Of a stretch of 64,000 bases of DNA, positions 1 to 10,369 are shown piece by piece. The notes below the pieces were generated by a model. The model was given only the letters and a program-made list of their open reading frames with translations, was not told the DNA's origin and ran no database searches. The translations under genes and the position numbers were made by a program. Where the stretch lies: contig OX597814.1 of NCBI GenBank assembly GCA_951406725.2, forward strand, positions 214,396,001 through 214,460,000, in the 5' to 3' direction. Within the stretch, counting starts at the first letter, position 1, and the number at the start of each line of letters is the position of its first letter. The stretch comes from Octopus vulgaris. Lineage: Eukaryota.

Positions 1-200
1 TGGGCCATTGCGCCTCCACATTAAGTGTAAATAATAGAGATATCTAATTTACTTATTTGACTTTAAATAGGATATAATGTGAAAGTTGCTAATCTTACTG
101 GCTTATAGTGAAAATCATTTAAAAATTCTGTGTAGTTTATTTTATATATCATTCAGTGTTGTATTTACTAATATGTATGTTTTTTCTGTTACCGTTGCAG

Positions 201-267
201 ACTAGTTGTAAAAGAGCCATTGAAACCACTGATTTGACTCTCAGTTTTGGTTGGGATAGCAGTGAAG
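201..267 (+). CDS. USP47: USP47-like deubiquitinase, first coding exon in window (gene is 5'-partial)
   Basis: ttgcag|ACT...GAA G|gtatta; TSCKRAIETTDLTLSFGWDSSE matches the USP47 catalytic domain as I recall it (RAIETTDVTRSFGWDSSE). Confidence 0.93.
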
Positions 268-507
268 GTATTAAATCATATAATATATTTTTCTTACTGA
301 CGTATCAGTACATATACATACGTTCACATGTACATACACATGTACACACACACACAGACACGTCTACACACTCTCCTAAATACTCACATACATACGTAAG
401 TACATACATAACGGGAAGCTTTATGAAAATAAACAAAAGACGAAGGCAGGTGGAAAACAAACAAACAATTGTATTAGTATGGCGCTCAGGAATATAAAAT
501 AAACAAG

Positions 508-545
508 TCTTTTACGTTTCGAGCCTACGCTCTTCAACAGAAAGA
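508..545 (-). ncRNA. Minimal hammerhead-like motif (CUGUUGA core) within a Penelope-like repeat (~411-610)
   Basis: Minus strand: tcttt [CTGTTGA] a gagc-gtag-gctc [GAAAC] GTA aaaga; stems I and II pair perfectly. Confidence 0.55.
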
Positions 546-667
546 TACACAGAAAAGAAACACGGAGAGAAACAAGGAGAGAAAAAAAATGCGTGCAGAA
601 GCTAGCGATACATACATACATACATGCGTATAGGCATGCACACATGCATGTACAAACATACATGCAT

Positions 668-701
<34 letters not shown>

Positions 702-742
702 CATGAACTAACTGTTACTTTCTCAGATGCAGCACAGAATTT

Positions 743-789
743 TGTCAGTGATCAGGTCGCTGTCTCAAAGCGACGAAAATATTTTGACA
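743..789 (+). ncRNA. Minimal type-I hammerhead ribozyme-like motif, G3:C8 core variant, within a Penelope-like repeat fragment (~725-870)
   Basis: tgtca [GTGATCA] g gtcgc-tgtctcaaa-gcgac [GAAA] atat TT tgaca: stem I tgtca/tgaca, stem II gtcgc/gcgac, palindromic helix III region. Confidence 0.6.
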
Positions 790-1058
790 CAAATTAAATT
801 TAAATGTTGAAGTGAATCTAACGGTTTTTGTGTTTCTTAAATGGCATATAAACAGCTTCCACGCTGCAGTTGTTATATTTTTCTTGTTGGATTTAAAATA
901 AAATTAGACATTTTAATGTGCAATTTCTGAGCTCTGTAACTTCATAGGTTATATTCATAACAGCTGTAGTATTTTGTAACTTTATATCTGAGGTGTTATA
1001 TTTTATACAAAAAAAATTTTTTTTTCTTTTCGTTATCTGTCCTGTTTGGTTTCATTAG

Positions 1059-1198
1059 TGTGGCATCAGCATGACGTGCAAGAATTATGTCGGGTGATGT
1101 TTGATGCTCTTGAGCAGAATTGGAAACAGACTGACCAAGCACATCTAATTAACCACTTATACCAAGGCAAACTGAAGGATTATGTCAAATGTCTGCAG
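1059..1198 (+). CDS. USP47: USP47 exon 2 (QHDVQE box)
   Basis: cattag|TG...CAG|gtag; (V)[46 protein letters not shown]; phase consistent. Confidence 0.95.
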
Positions 1199-1316
1199 GT
1201 AGATAACTTCACATTCTCCTTTCTTTTCTTTTCTTTTTTTTTTGTGGCATGAAGTAGGGGTGAATGTGTGGGGAGGGTGAGTAAAAAAAAAAAGAAGTTT
1301 ATTCTAATAAATACGT

Positions 1317-1479
1317 AGGTGCAGGAGTGGCTGTGTGGTAAGTAGCTTGCTTACCAACCACACGGTTCCAGGTTCAGTCCCACTGCGTGGCACCTTAGGG
1401 AAGTGTCTTCTACTATAGCCTCGGGCCAACCAAAGCCTTGAGAGTGGATTTGGTAGACGGAAACTGAAAGAAGCCTGTC

Positions 1480-1519
<40 letters not shown>

Positions 1520-1738
1520 GTGTGTGCGTCTCTGTGTTTGTCCCCCCAACATTGCTTGACAACCGATGCTGGTGTGTTTACGTCCCCGTCACATTAGCGG
1601 TTCGGCAAAAAGAGACTGATAGAATAAGTACTGGGCTTACAAAGAATAAGTCCCGGGGTCGATTTGCTCGACTAAAAAAGGCGGTGCTCCAGCATGGCCG
1701 CAGTCAAATGACCGAAACAAGTAAAAGAGTAAAAGAGT
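1317..1738 (+). mobile_element. tRNA-derived SINE group 1 (~410 bp; CORE-like accttgggcaagt, internal TA/TG microsatellite, gtaaaaga tail)
   Basis: A-box-like tggctgtgtgg, B-box-like ggttcagtccc; ten highly similar copies in window. Confidence 0.88.
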
Positions 1739-1991
1739 ACAACTTTAATGTAATGTCATTGAGAGTTCTCACTTATCTAGCTCTAGTTCTGTTGCTTACA
1801 TTACTGCTATGTAAGACCAGCAAATAGAGAACAGTCCATGGTCTTTAGGCGCTGACTGTATTACATACACATTGTTACACCATTGAATTAACAATTTGAT
1901 GATGGATGCAGTGTTACCTGTCAGTCTGCTCAAAGTCTTTCTGCATTCACTTATGTACCCTATACATTGCAATATAGCTTGTGTATATATA

Positions 1992-3709
1992 TATATTTCT
2001 TTACTACCCACAAGGGGCTAAACACAGAGGGGGACAAACAAGGGGACAGACAAACGGGTTAAGTCGATTACATCGACCGCAGTGCGTAACTGGTACTTAA
2101 TTTATCGACCCCGAAAGGATGAAAGGCAAAGTCGACCTCGGCGGAATTTGAACTCAGAACGTAGCGGCAGACGAAATACCTATTTCTTTACTACCCACAA
2201 GGGGCTAAACACAGAGGGGACAAACAAGGACAGACAAACGGGTTAAGTCGATTACATCGACCGCAGTGCGTAACTGGTACTTAATTTATCGACCCCGAAA
2301 GGATGAAAGGCAAAGTCGACCTCGGCGGAATTTGAACTCAGAACGTAACCGCAGACGAAATACCTACTTCTTTACTACCCACAAGGGGCTAAACACAGAG
2401 GGGACAAACAAGGGGACAGACAAACGGGTTAAGTCGATTACATCGACCGCAGTGCGTAACTGGTACTTAATTTATCGACCCCGAAAGGATGAAAGGCAAA
2501 GTCGACCTCGGCGGAATTTGAACTCAGAACGTAACGGCAGACGAAATACCTATTTCTTTACTACCCACAAGGGGCTAAACACAGAGGGGACAAACAAGGA
2601 CAGACAAACGGGTTAAGTCGATTACATCGACCGCAGTGCGTAACTGGTACTTAATTTATCGACCCCGAAAGGATGAAAGGCAAAGTCGACCTCGGCGGAA
2701 TTTGAACTCAGAACGTAACGGCAGACGAAATACCTACTTCTTTACTACCCACAAGGGGCTAAACACAGAGGGGACAAACAAGGGGACAGACAAACGGGTT
2801 AAGTCGATTACATCGACCGCAGTGCGTAACTGGTACTTAATTTATCGACCCCGAAAGGATGAAAGGCAAAGTCGACCTCGGCGGAATTTGAACTCAGAAC
2901 GTAGCGGCAGACGAAATACCTATTTCTTTACTACCCACAAGGGGCTAAACACAGAGGGGGACAAACAAGGGGACAGACAAACGGGTTAAGTCGATTACAT
3001 CGACTGCAGTGCGTAACTGGTACTTAATTTATCGACCCCGAAAGGATGAAAGGCAAAGTCGACCTCGGCGGAATTTGAACTCAGAACGTAGCGGCAGACG
3101 AAATACCTATTTCTTTACTACCCACAAGGGGCTAAACACAGAGGGGGACAAACAAGGACAGACAAACGGGTTAAGTCGATTACATCGACCGCAGTGCGTA
3201 ACTGGTACTTAATTTATCGACCCCGAAAGGATGAAAGGCAAAGTCGACCTCGGCGGAATTTGAACTCAGAACGTAGTGGCAGACGAAATACCTATTTCTT
3301 TACTACCCACAAGGGGCTAAACACAGAGGGGACAAACAAGGGGACAGACAAACGGGTTAAGTCGATTACATCGATCGCAGTGCGTAACTGGTACTTAATT
3401 TATCGACCCCGAAAGGATGAAAGGCAAAGTCGACCTCGGCGGAATTTGAACTCAGAACGTAGCGGCAGACGAAATACCTATTTCTTTACTACCCACAAGG
3501 GGCTAAACACAGAGGGGACAAACAAGGACAGACAAACGGGTTAAGTCGATTACATCGACCCCAATGCGTAACTGGTACTTAATTTATCGACCCCGAAAGG
3601 ATGAAAGGCAAAGTCAACCTCGGCGGAATTTGAACTCAGAACGTAGCGGCAGACGAAATACGGCTACGCATTTCGCCCGGCGTGCTAACGTTTCTGCCAG
3701 CTCACCACC
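1992..3709 (-). mobile_element. tRNA-derived SINE (group 2) expanded into 9 head-to-tail units of 184-187 bp
   Basis: Marker ttactaccc at 2001, 2188, 2372, 2558, 2742, 2928, 3115, 3300, 3486; one SINE head at 3660-3709; flanking repeat cttgtgtatatata at 1978-1991 and 3709-3722. Confidence 0.92.
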
Positions 3710-3951
3710 TTGTGTATATATAAATGATTTTAACCATATTTTATAGAAAAAAAGGGAGAAGATTTCTTTTTAATTTATATTTATGTTGCATGTTTCATAA
3801 GTTGTTTTGTTCATAAACAATTTATAGGCAGAATTTTTAATAAAAGAATTCGAATAGATTGTATAAATATTCTGATTAAAAAATAAAATTTTTAATTTGA
3901 GTATCTGTTTTCTAAAACTGTTGAAACACCTCCATGATTTCACTAACACAT

Positions 3952-4309
3952 ACCATCCGATCGTGGCCGTGCCAGCCTCGCCTGGCCTCTGTTCCGGTGG
4001 CACGTAAAAAACACCATCCGAGAGTGGCCGTTCGCCAACCTCGTCTGGCACCTGTGTCCGTGGCACATAAAAAACACCATCTGAGCGTGGCCGTTTGCCA
4101 GCCTCGTCTGGCACCTGTGTCCGTGGCACATAAAAAGCACCCACTACACTCACGGAGTGGTTGGCATTAGGAAAGGCATCCAGCTGTAGAATCACTGCCA
4201 GATCTGACTGGCCTGGTGCAGCCTTCAGGCTTCCCAGACCCCAGTTGAACCGTCCAACCCATGCTAGCATGGAAAGCGGACGTTAAACGACGATGATGAT
4301 GATGATGAT
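3952..4309 (+). mobile_element. (GAT)n-tailed RTE 3'-end repeat; other + copies at ~16175-16425, 28456-28750, 30069-30474, 46551-46701
   Basis: Shared ggttggcgttaggaagggcatccagc...atggaaagcggacgttaaacgatgatgat end; internal ~55-60 bp tandem units. Confidence 0.85.
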
Positions 4310-4430
4310 ATCAGTTAACCATTGTTATGTTTTTTATTTTATGTATGTATTTTTTTTATTTCGAATATATTTCACAACTTAAATCCTTTTAGAGTTAATC
4401 TGTATCTAATGAAGTGCATTTCTGTTGTAG

Positions 4431-4520
4431 TGCTCTCACGAGAGTGCTCGAATAGATGCTTATCTGGATATACCACTTGTTATTCGCCCATTTGGTGGCA
4501 GTCAGGTGTATGGCAGTGTG
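4431..4520 (+). CDS. USP47: USP47 exon 3
   Basis: ttgtag|TGC...GTG|gtgagt; CSHESARIDAYLDIPLVIRPFGGSQVYGSV; completes the CLQC zinc-ribbon pair. Confidence 0.94.
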
Positions 4521-6073
4521 GTGAGTATTTTCTTCTTTCATGTTTCTCCTTCAATGTTTCCTTGCTCAGGTGTGTTTGAAATAAATTTGTGCATCTCTGA
4601 ATTACTCTTTCCATACCAAATGTTTACTCGGGAACTGGGTTGAGTATTTCCTTAGATAAGTTTTTGTATATAAAACTCAGTCTAAAGTTCTCCAAATGAG
4701 GTTTATCAAATTATTGCACTGATAACAGAGAAATCAGTTCAATGACCTGATAAATATGATCTCATTAAACTTCCTTCATATGAAATAATGTTATTATGAG
4801 GCTTCGTGTCTCATTGATATGGGGTAATGCAAAGGAAAATGAAAATGTCCTGTAGGACTGGAGACAAAAGAAAGAAATATATATATATATATATATATAG
4901 TTGAGTCTGTACAGAAGAGATAAGAAAGTCTGTATACTAGTAGATAACTTTTATTCCATTGGTAGAAATTTTATGAAAAGGTTGGGTATCTGAATTTTTG
5001 ATAAAATGCAATCTGGTGAGCTCATAGTAATTCTTGTGAGAGTTTAATCACATCCTTGTAAATTGGAAGTTTGATTGTTAAAATGGTAGCTGTTTTGTGT
5101 AGTAACATCCAGGGTGTTGGCAGAAGCTGTATCTGAGTTGATGATTTCATAGCTGGACAGTTAATGGACAGCAGATTTTTCTGTCAGATGTAATACCTGT
5201 TCATTCACATTGCTTCAAATTAATTTTGCATCATCTTGTGGCTTCAAGATTTTGATGTAATTGTTTATTTTGAGAATGACATCATAAGATAGGTGTGAGA
5301 AGCCAGACCTGGCTGGTTTGAGCATAAAACAAGAAAAATATTTTGACCAGATATGGCCAGTTTAAATGCTAAAGTATTAATACTATGTCTGTTGTTTGCT
5401 ATGATGACAACCAGGAAATGGTGACTACAAGTCTCAGCTGTGTCAGCTGGTATACTGTGACTTGATACCATGTCTCTGACTTGTTGACTGGCTCTGCCAT
5501 TCTAGCTTGGGTTGTATGTCTGACAGCCAACCAGTTCCAGTTTGGTCAGCCCCTCCAGTTCACTCTTAGTACCAAAGGTGCCCATTAATATAGCATTGGT
5601 CTAAATTGCTGATCTGTCCAATAGTCATGAGAAATTGGTTTAGTAGCTGGTTGGTTTGAAAGATGATGATGATGATGGCATGTCTGTTACTGCCAGTTTC
5701 TCTGAATTGGGGAAGAGGCTTTGCCCCAGTTGATTGGTTCAAAAAGTGATGACGTAGGCATATCTGTTGTTAAATGATCGCTGATAAAAGAAAACTGCCG
5801 ATTTGTGGACCTATGTTTCATTTACTGGGGTACTACAAGTATAAGTAACATGAGGTATTTGCTGTACCGGGAAATAATTTGTCTTGTCTTTTATAGTTCT
5901 TTCTTTTCATTTCGTTTTTGGATTTGGTTTGCAAGATTCTTTATATGAGTTTGTGTGTTGAAGCATATTCTGTTGTGTCTGGGGAGAGTCATTTTCTTTT
6001 CGTGCCTTATTATTTAACACACTCACCGGTAAAATTTCCCCCTCTTTTTTTTTTTTCCATATTGTATTTATAG

Positions 6074-6169
6074 GAAGATGCTTTGGCTGCTTTTGTACAA
6101 CCAGAGACATTGGCAGGATCTAATCAGTACTTCTGTGAGAAATGTGGCCGGAAGTGTGATGCTCACAAG
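6074..6169 (+). CDS. USP47: USP47 exon 4
   Basis: ttatag|GAA...AAG|gtaaaa; [32 protein letters not shown]. Confidence 0.95.
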
Positions 6170-6257
6170 GTAAAAAGTCTCATTGAGTTATGTTTTATTG
6201 TTTTCTTATAAAACACTGTGGAGATCAATATTGTCATAATTTATTTTCTCTTTTCAG

Positions 6258-6355
6258 GGCCTCAAATTTGTTTCTTTCCCTTATCTGCTCACCTTGCAAC
6301 TGAAACGGTTTGACTTTGACTGCAATACAATGCATCGGATTAAATTAAATCATCG
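6258..6355 (+). CDS. USP47: USP47 exon 5
   Basis: tttcag|GGC...CG|gtagg; [32 protein letters not shown](R); USP LQLKRF motif. Confidence 0.95.
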
Positions 6356-6365
6356 GTAGGTATAG

Positions 6366-6367
<2 letters not shown>

Positions 6368-6396
<29 letters not shown>

Positions 6397-6688
6397 TTAG
6401 CGTCCGTTTTCCATGCTAGCATGGGTTGGACGGTTCAACTGGGGTCTGGGGAGCCCGAAGGCTGCACCAGGCCAGTCAGATCTGGCAGTGTTTCTACAGC
6501 TGGATGCCCTTCCTAACGCCAACCACTCCGAGAGTGTAGTGGGTGATTTTATGTGCCACCGACACAGGTGCCAGACGAGGCTGGCGAACGGCCACGCTCG
6601 GATGGTGTTTTTATGTGCCACCGACACAGGTGCCAGACGAGGCTGGCAGACGGCCACGCTCGGATGGTGTTTTTATGTGCCACCGACG
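6368..6688 (-). mobile_element. (GAT)n-tailed RTE 3'-end repeat; other - copies at ~9455-9740, 12920-13190, 20995-21404, 26987-27351, 32235-32632, 35188-35690, 36469-36782, 41953-42161, 42467-42688
   Basis: Begin with (cat)n gtttaacgtccg...; source of the recurrent MLAWVGRF... pseudo-ORFs. Confidence 0.85.
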
Positions 6689-6744
6689 TTAGAAAAAAAT
6701 TTGCTTCACCGTTACATTTTATAATTAAGTATTAAACCTTTTGT

Positions 6745-7046
6745 CGAGGTGCGATGGCCCAGTGGTTAGGGCAGTGGACTCGCTGTCGGAGGATCGCGGT
6801 TTCGATTCCCAGACCGAGCATTGTGTGTGTTTATTGAGCGAAAACACCTAAAAGGCTCCACAAGGCTCTGGCAGGGGGTGGTGGCAACTCCTGCCCATCT
6901 TTCTCTCACTCTTTCTTCTTGTTTCTTGAGTAACGCTGTGATGGACTGGCGTCCCGTCCAGCTGGGGGGAACACATACGCCACAGAAACCGGGAAACTGG
7001 GCCTATGAGCCTGGCTAGGCTTGAAAAGGGCGACATTTATTGGTTT
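6745..7046 (+). mobile_element. tRNA-derived SINE group 3 variant
   Basis: Same head as the 22388 copy but a different 3' part; flanking repeat tattaaacctttt. Confidence 0.83.
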
Positions 7047-7272
7047 TATTAAACCTTTTACTTAGTTTATGATCAATATTAATCATAAACTAAAGACAAA
7101 CATAATATGTATAGGGTATGACAGTGGTGTAAAGTGTCAAGCCATCCAAATGAAAGTATCTTGTTGAGGATGATACTGAAGCAGTTATGATGTCCAACCC
7201 ATGCATGCAGAAAAGCAAATTGTGCTGGTTTCTTGCCCCATCTGTTTGTTCCCTCCACTTCTCAACTCCATT

Positions 7273-7502
7273 TTAACCCTTTTGTTACCAACCTGGCTGA
7301 AACCGGCTCTGGCTCTGAGGTACAAATGTTTTGTTTTCATAAGGTTTTGATTAAAATCTTCCACCAAACCTTAGTTACAATTTATGTTCCTAACACTAGC
7401 TTTAATGATAACCAAGTTATTTTACTAAATTCTTTCTTATAATTAAAGTAATTGAAAGAAACACAGAGCATCTCAAAATAAATACAGTAACGAAAGGGTT
7501 AA
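7273..7502. mobile_element. piggyBac-type MITE family A (~230 bp); others at 13287-13514, 21836-22058, 28442-28966 (interrupted), 55276-55503, 62315-62544
   Basis: TTAA-CCCTTT(T/C)GTTAC ... GTAAC(G/A)AAAGGG-TTAA terminal inverted repeats with TTAA target. Confidence 0.85.
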
Positions 7503-7986
7503 ACTGCAGCTTGACTTTATAATTCAGCTTGACCTCAAAAAGTCTCCTTTGTCAATTTCATATACTTGACTCGTGTTAATTAAGCTGGTTAATTTGCTAA
7601 GTTGTGCATCAATTGTCAGCAGCAAAATTGAAATACTGTGTACATGTATTCAACTCAAGAAAATTAACTTCTTTACAAAAAAATGTTTAAAAGGCCAAAT
7701 TTGATGGAAAGTGCTGAAATCTTTTGGCTGATGACTACTTTTATCTTTAGTCTGTTCATCAATTATTTAATTATAATTATTTAATTCATAATTAGGTATG
7801 TTACCTCAATTGATTTATAATTAGGTATGTTAAGTTTCATGGAGAAGGCATGAGACAAGATAGAAAAAGCTGGAGTGTGTGATAGTGGGTTAATCAAATT
7901 ATTTTGACATGAAAGTTTGGTGACTTAAAAAAAAAATAAAATGAGAATAATGTCTATAACTATTGAATATGTCTTGTTTTTAACAG

Positions 7987-8150
7987 GATGACATTCCCTG
8001 AAGTCTTGGATATTAATCACATGATAGAAGAGGTTGACTGTAATCTTAGTCATTCTGAAGGGCCCTTAGTTGAGGATATTAGACATCAGGCCATCAAAAC
8101 CATGGAAACTAATGAACACAGCCAATTGGGTGGAGATATGTCAGATGAAG
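7987..8150 (+). CDS. USP47: USP47 exon 6
   Basis: taacag|G ATG...GAA G|gtttgt; MTFPEVLDIN...GGDMSDE. Confidence 0.9.
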
Positions 8151-9263
8151 GTTTGTGCATTGTCTTCAATTTATATCAATTATAAAATGTGCTTTACTTT
8201 AATTAGAAAGCAAAACCTGTATATACCTTTTACTTTTTGAGATAACATGGTTTAGATTTACATAGTTTATTTCTGACAAATTTGGAAAATATAAAAAGGC
8301 TTTATGAACTTTTCAATATCATTTCTGTTGACTTGAATTTCTTTTGAAAAATGTACTGAAACTTACTTCCATTAATTAATTTTATCAAAGTAAATAATGA
8401 GCCTAAGTTTTAAATTTCCTTTCACCCAGTTCTTCACATTTTGCAATTCCAAACTCATCAGATATTATAAACATTTATCACTGTTGGTAATTTCCAGTTG
8501 GCTTCTTGGAAATTCTTGCAAATTTGTTATATCTTTACAAGTACTTTCTCTCATTGCTCATATTCCAGAGACTTAGTTTTATTTCTAACACCAAAAGAAT
8601 ATCTTCTGGTGACTATAAACTCAAATTACAATGCTATCACTCACATTTGCAGAAACTAGAAGAATATTCTTGATTTATGGTTATGGACAGAATCCTCTCA
8701 TTTAGCAACAGGTGATGAGATAAACAAGATTGATTTTTATGTTTTGGTTATTAGAATGCATATGCACACATTTCGTATATAATCTTCTCTTCAAAAACTG
8801 GAAACAAAAATCAATACTAATTACCTAAACTTATTCTGTTCACCTGCTGTTTTCTGAGTTTCTCTGATTAGTCATCATATATTACCAATAGCTTCTCTCT
8901 GCCTATGTTTGTACTTTGAAATATTTCTAAGATCTAATTCTAATGAGAAGCAATAAAATTTTATTTGTTACACCTACTCATACTTGCTTTATTTTTCTCA
9001 GAGTGAGTTACCTGTTTTATTTTTGATTAATAATCAGCAAAAGAAAACTTTCAGACAACATTTTGCTTTAGAGTATATATTTTTTTATTCATTAAGATCA
9101 TATCTCTTGCAGCAGAGATTAATTAACTAATATAAATGAAGTAATTTGAAGATTCATTATATTAATCTGCTGTGAATTAGCAAAATAAAAGCTTAGTGTT
9201 TGCAAACCCATTTAAGGAAAGACAACGTCATTTTTCATTCATTTTTTTAAAATTGATTTTTAG

Positions 9264-9385
9264 CTATTGATGAAGGGATAGAAATTGAAAGCAGCACGAC
9301 TGCCACCTTAACCAACAGTGAGTCCTCTAGTCTAAGCAGTGAGTCTGCCACTAATGACAGGAATAGTAAAGAATCTGATGCCAAG
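9264..9385 (+). CDS. USP47: USP47 exon 7 (catalytic-domain insert)
   Basis: ttttag|CT...AAG|gtttg; (A)IDEGIEIESSTTATLTNSESSSLSSESATNDRNSKESDAK; phases fit both neighbours. Confidence 0.88.
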
Positions 9386-10289
9386 GTTTGTTGCTTTTAA
9401 TTTTAAATAAATTTATTTGATATATTTGAAGAAGTTTTATCCTCATCATCATATTCATTTAATATCCGTTTGCCATGCAGGCATGGGTTGGACGGTTCAA
9501 CTGGGGTCTGGGAAGCCAGAAGGCTGCACCAAGCCCAGTTTGATCTGGCAATGTTTCTACGGCTGGATGCCCTTCATAATCATTTAATATCCATTTGCCA
9601 TGCAGGCATGGGTTGGACAGTGTAACAGGAGCTAGCGAGCCAGAGAGCTGTACCACACATCAATTGTCTGTTTTGGCATGGTTTCAACAGCTAAATGCCC
9701 TTCCTAATGTCAACCATTTTACAAAATGTACTGGGTGCATCCACATGTATGTATGCATGCACATATACGTGCATGCATACATTCGTGCATGCATACATCT
9801 ATGTTGTTTTCTCTCTCTACCTTTTCTGTTGCTATTATAAAGATATCTACTCTTTCAAACTAGCTATTTGCATTCTATCCATCTAAGCCACTCATTATTC
9901 CTCTGCAGACAGTGACTTGACATGTTTTACTTTGAATGTTAATCACATTAATCTCACTAATCTGAGAGTGCTTGCTAATGTCCTGGGTGCTGATCTACCT
10001 AGCTTGAGGGTTAAGCAAACAGATTCTTGTTTTATCTTCAGAAAAAAAATGACAGATGAATCCTATTTGATTTCTCAACACAGCAAAAATCAATATATTC
10101 TTGAGATTGCTGTGCATTGATTTAGCTGTGGGTTTCTTTTTTTAACTTTTACCGAAAAATTTTACAAGTTATTAATGATGATGATGATGATTAATTTCAG
10201 TAAAACGTAATATTTGTTTATTTACAATATCAACAAAATATACAATTATTTTAAAACATTCTAAAAATGTGCAAAATCTTTCTTTGTAG

Positions 10290-10369
10290 GGACCATATGT
10301 TTATGAATTATTCTCCATTATGATACATTCTGGAAGTGCTGCTGGTGGCCATTATTATGCTTACATAAA
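10290..10369 (+). CDS. USP47: USP47 exon 8 (His box, catalytic His)
   Basis: ttgtag|GGA...AA|gtaagt; GPYVYELFSIMIHSGSAAGGHYYAYI(K). Confidence 0.96.

Noticed and set aside
156-497. 113-aa stand-alone ORF
   Set aside because: Only 201-267 is coding (a USP47 exon); the rest is intron and microsatellite.
1992-3709. SINE array as a hammerhead retrozyme
   Set aside because: Unit size fits, but I found no CUGANGA/GAAA core on either strand of the unit. Other ribozyme classes were not excluded.
2266-3746. Repeated MRNWYLIYRPRKDERQ... ORFs as a tandem gene family
   Set aside because: They are antisense translations of the SINE concatemer, and unit-length indels shift frame freely.
3770-4270. Recurrent MLAWVGRF.../...PVARKKHHP... 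ORFs as a protein family
   Set aside because: They are chance ORFs in the GC-rich RTE 3' UTR repeat, present on both strands with inconsistent frames.
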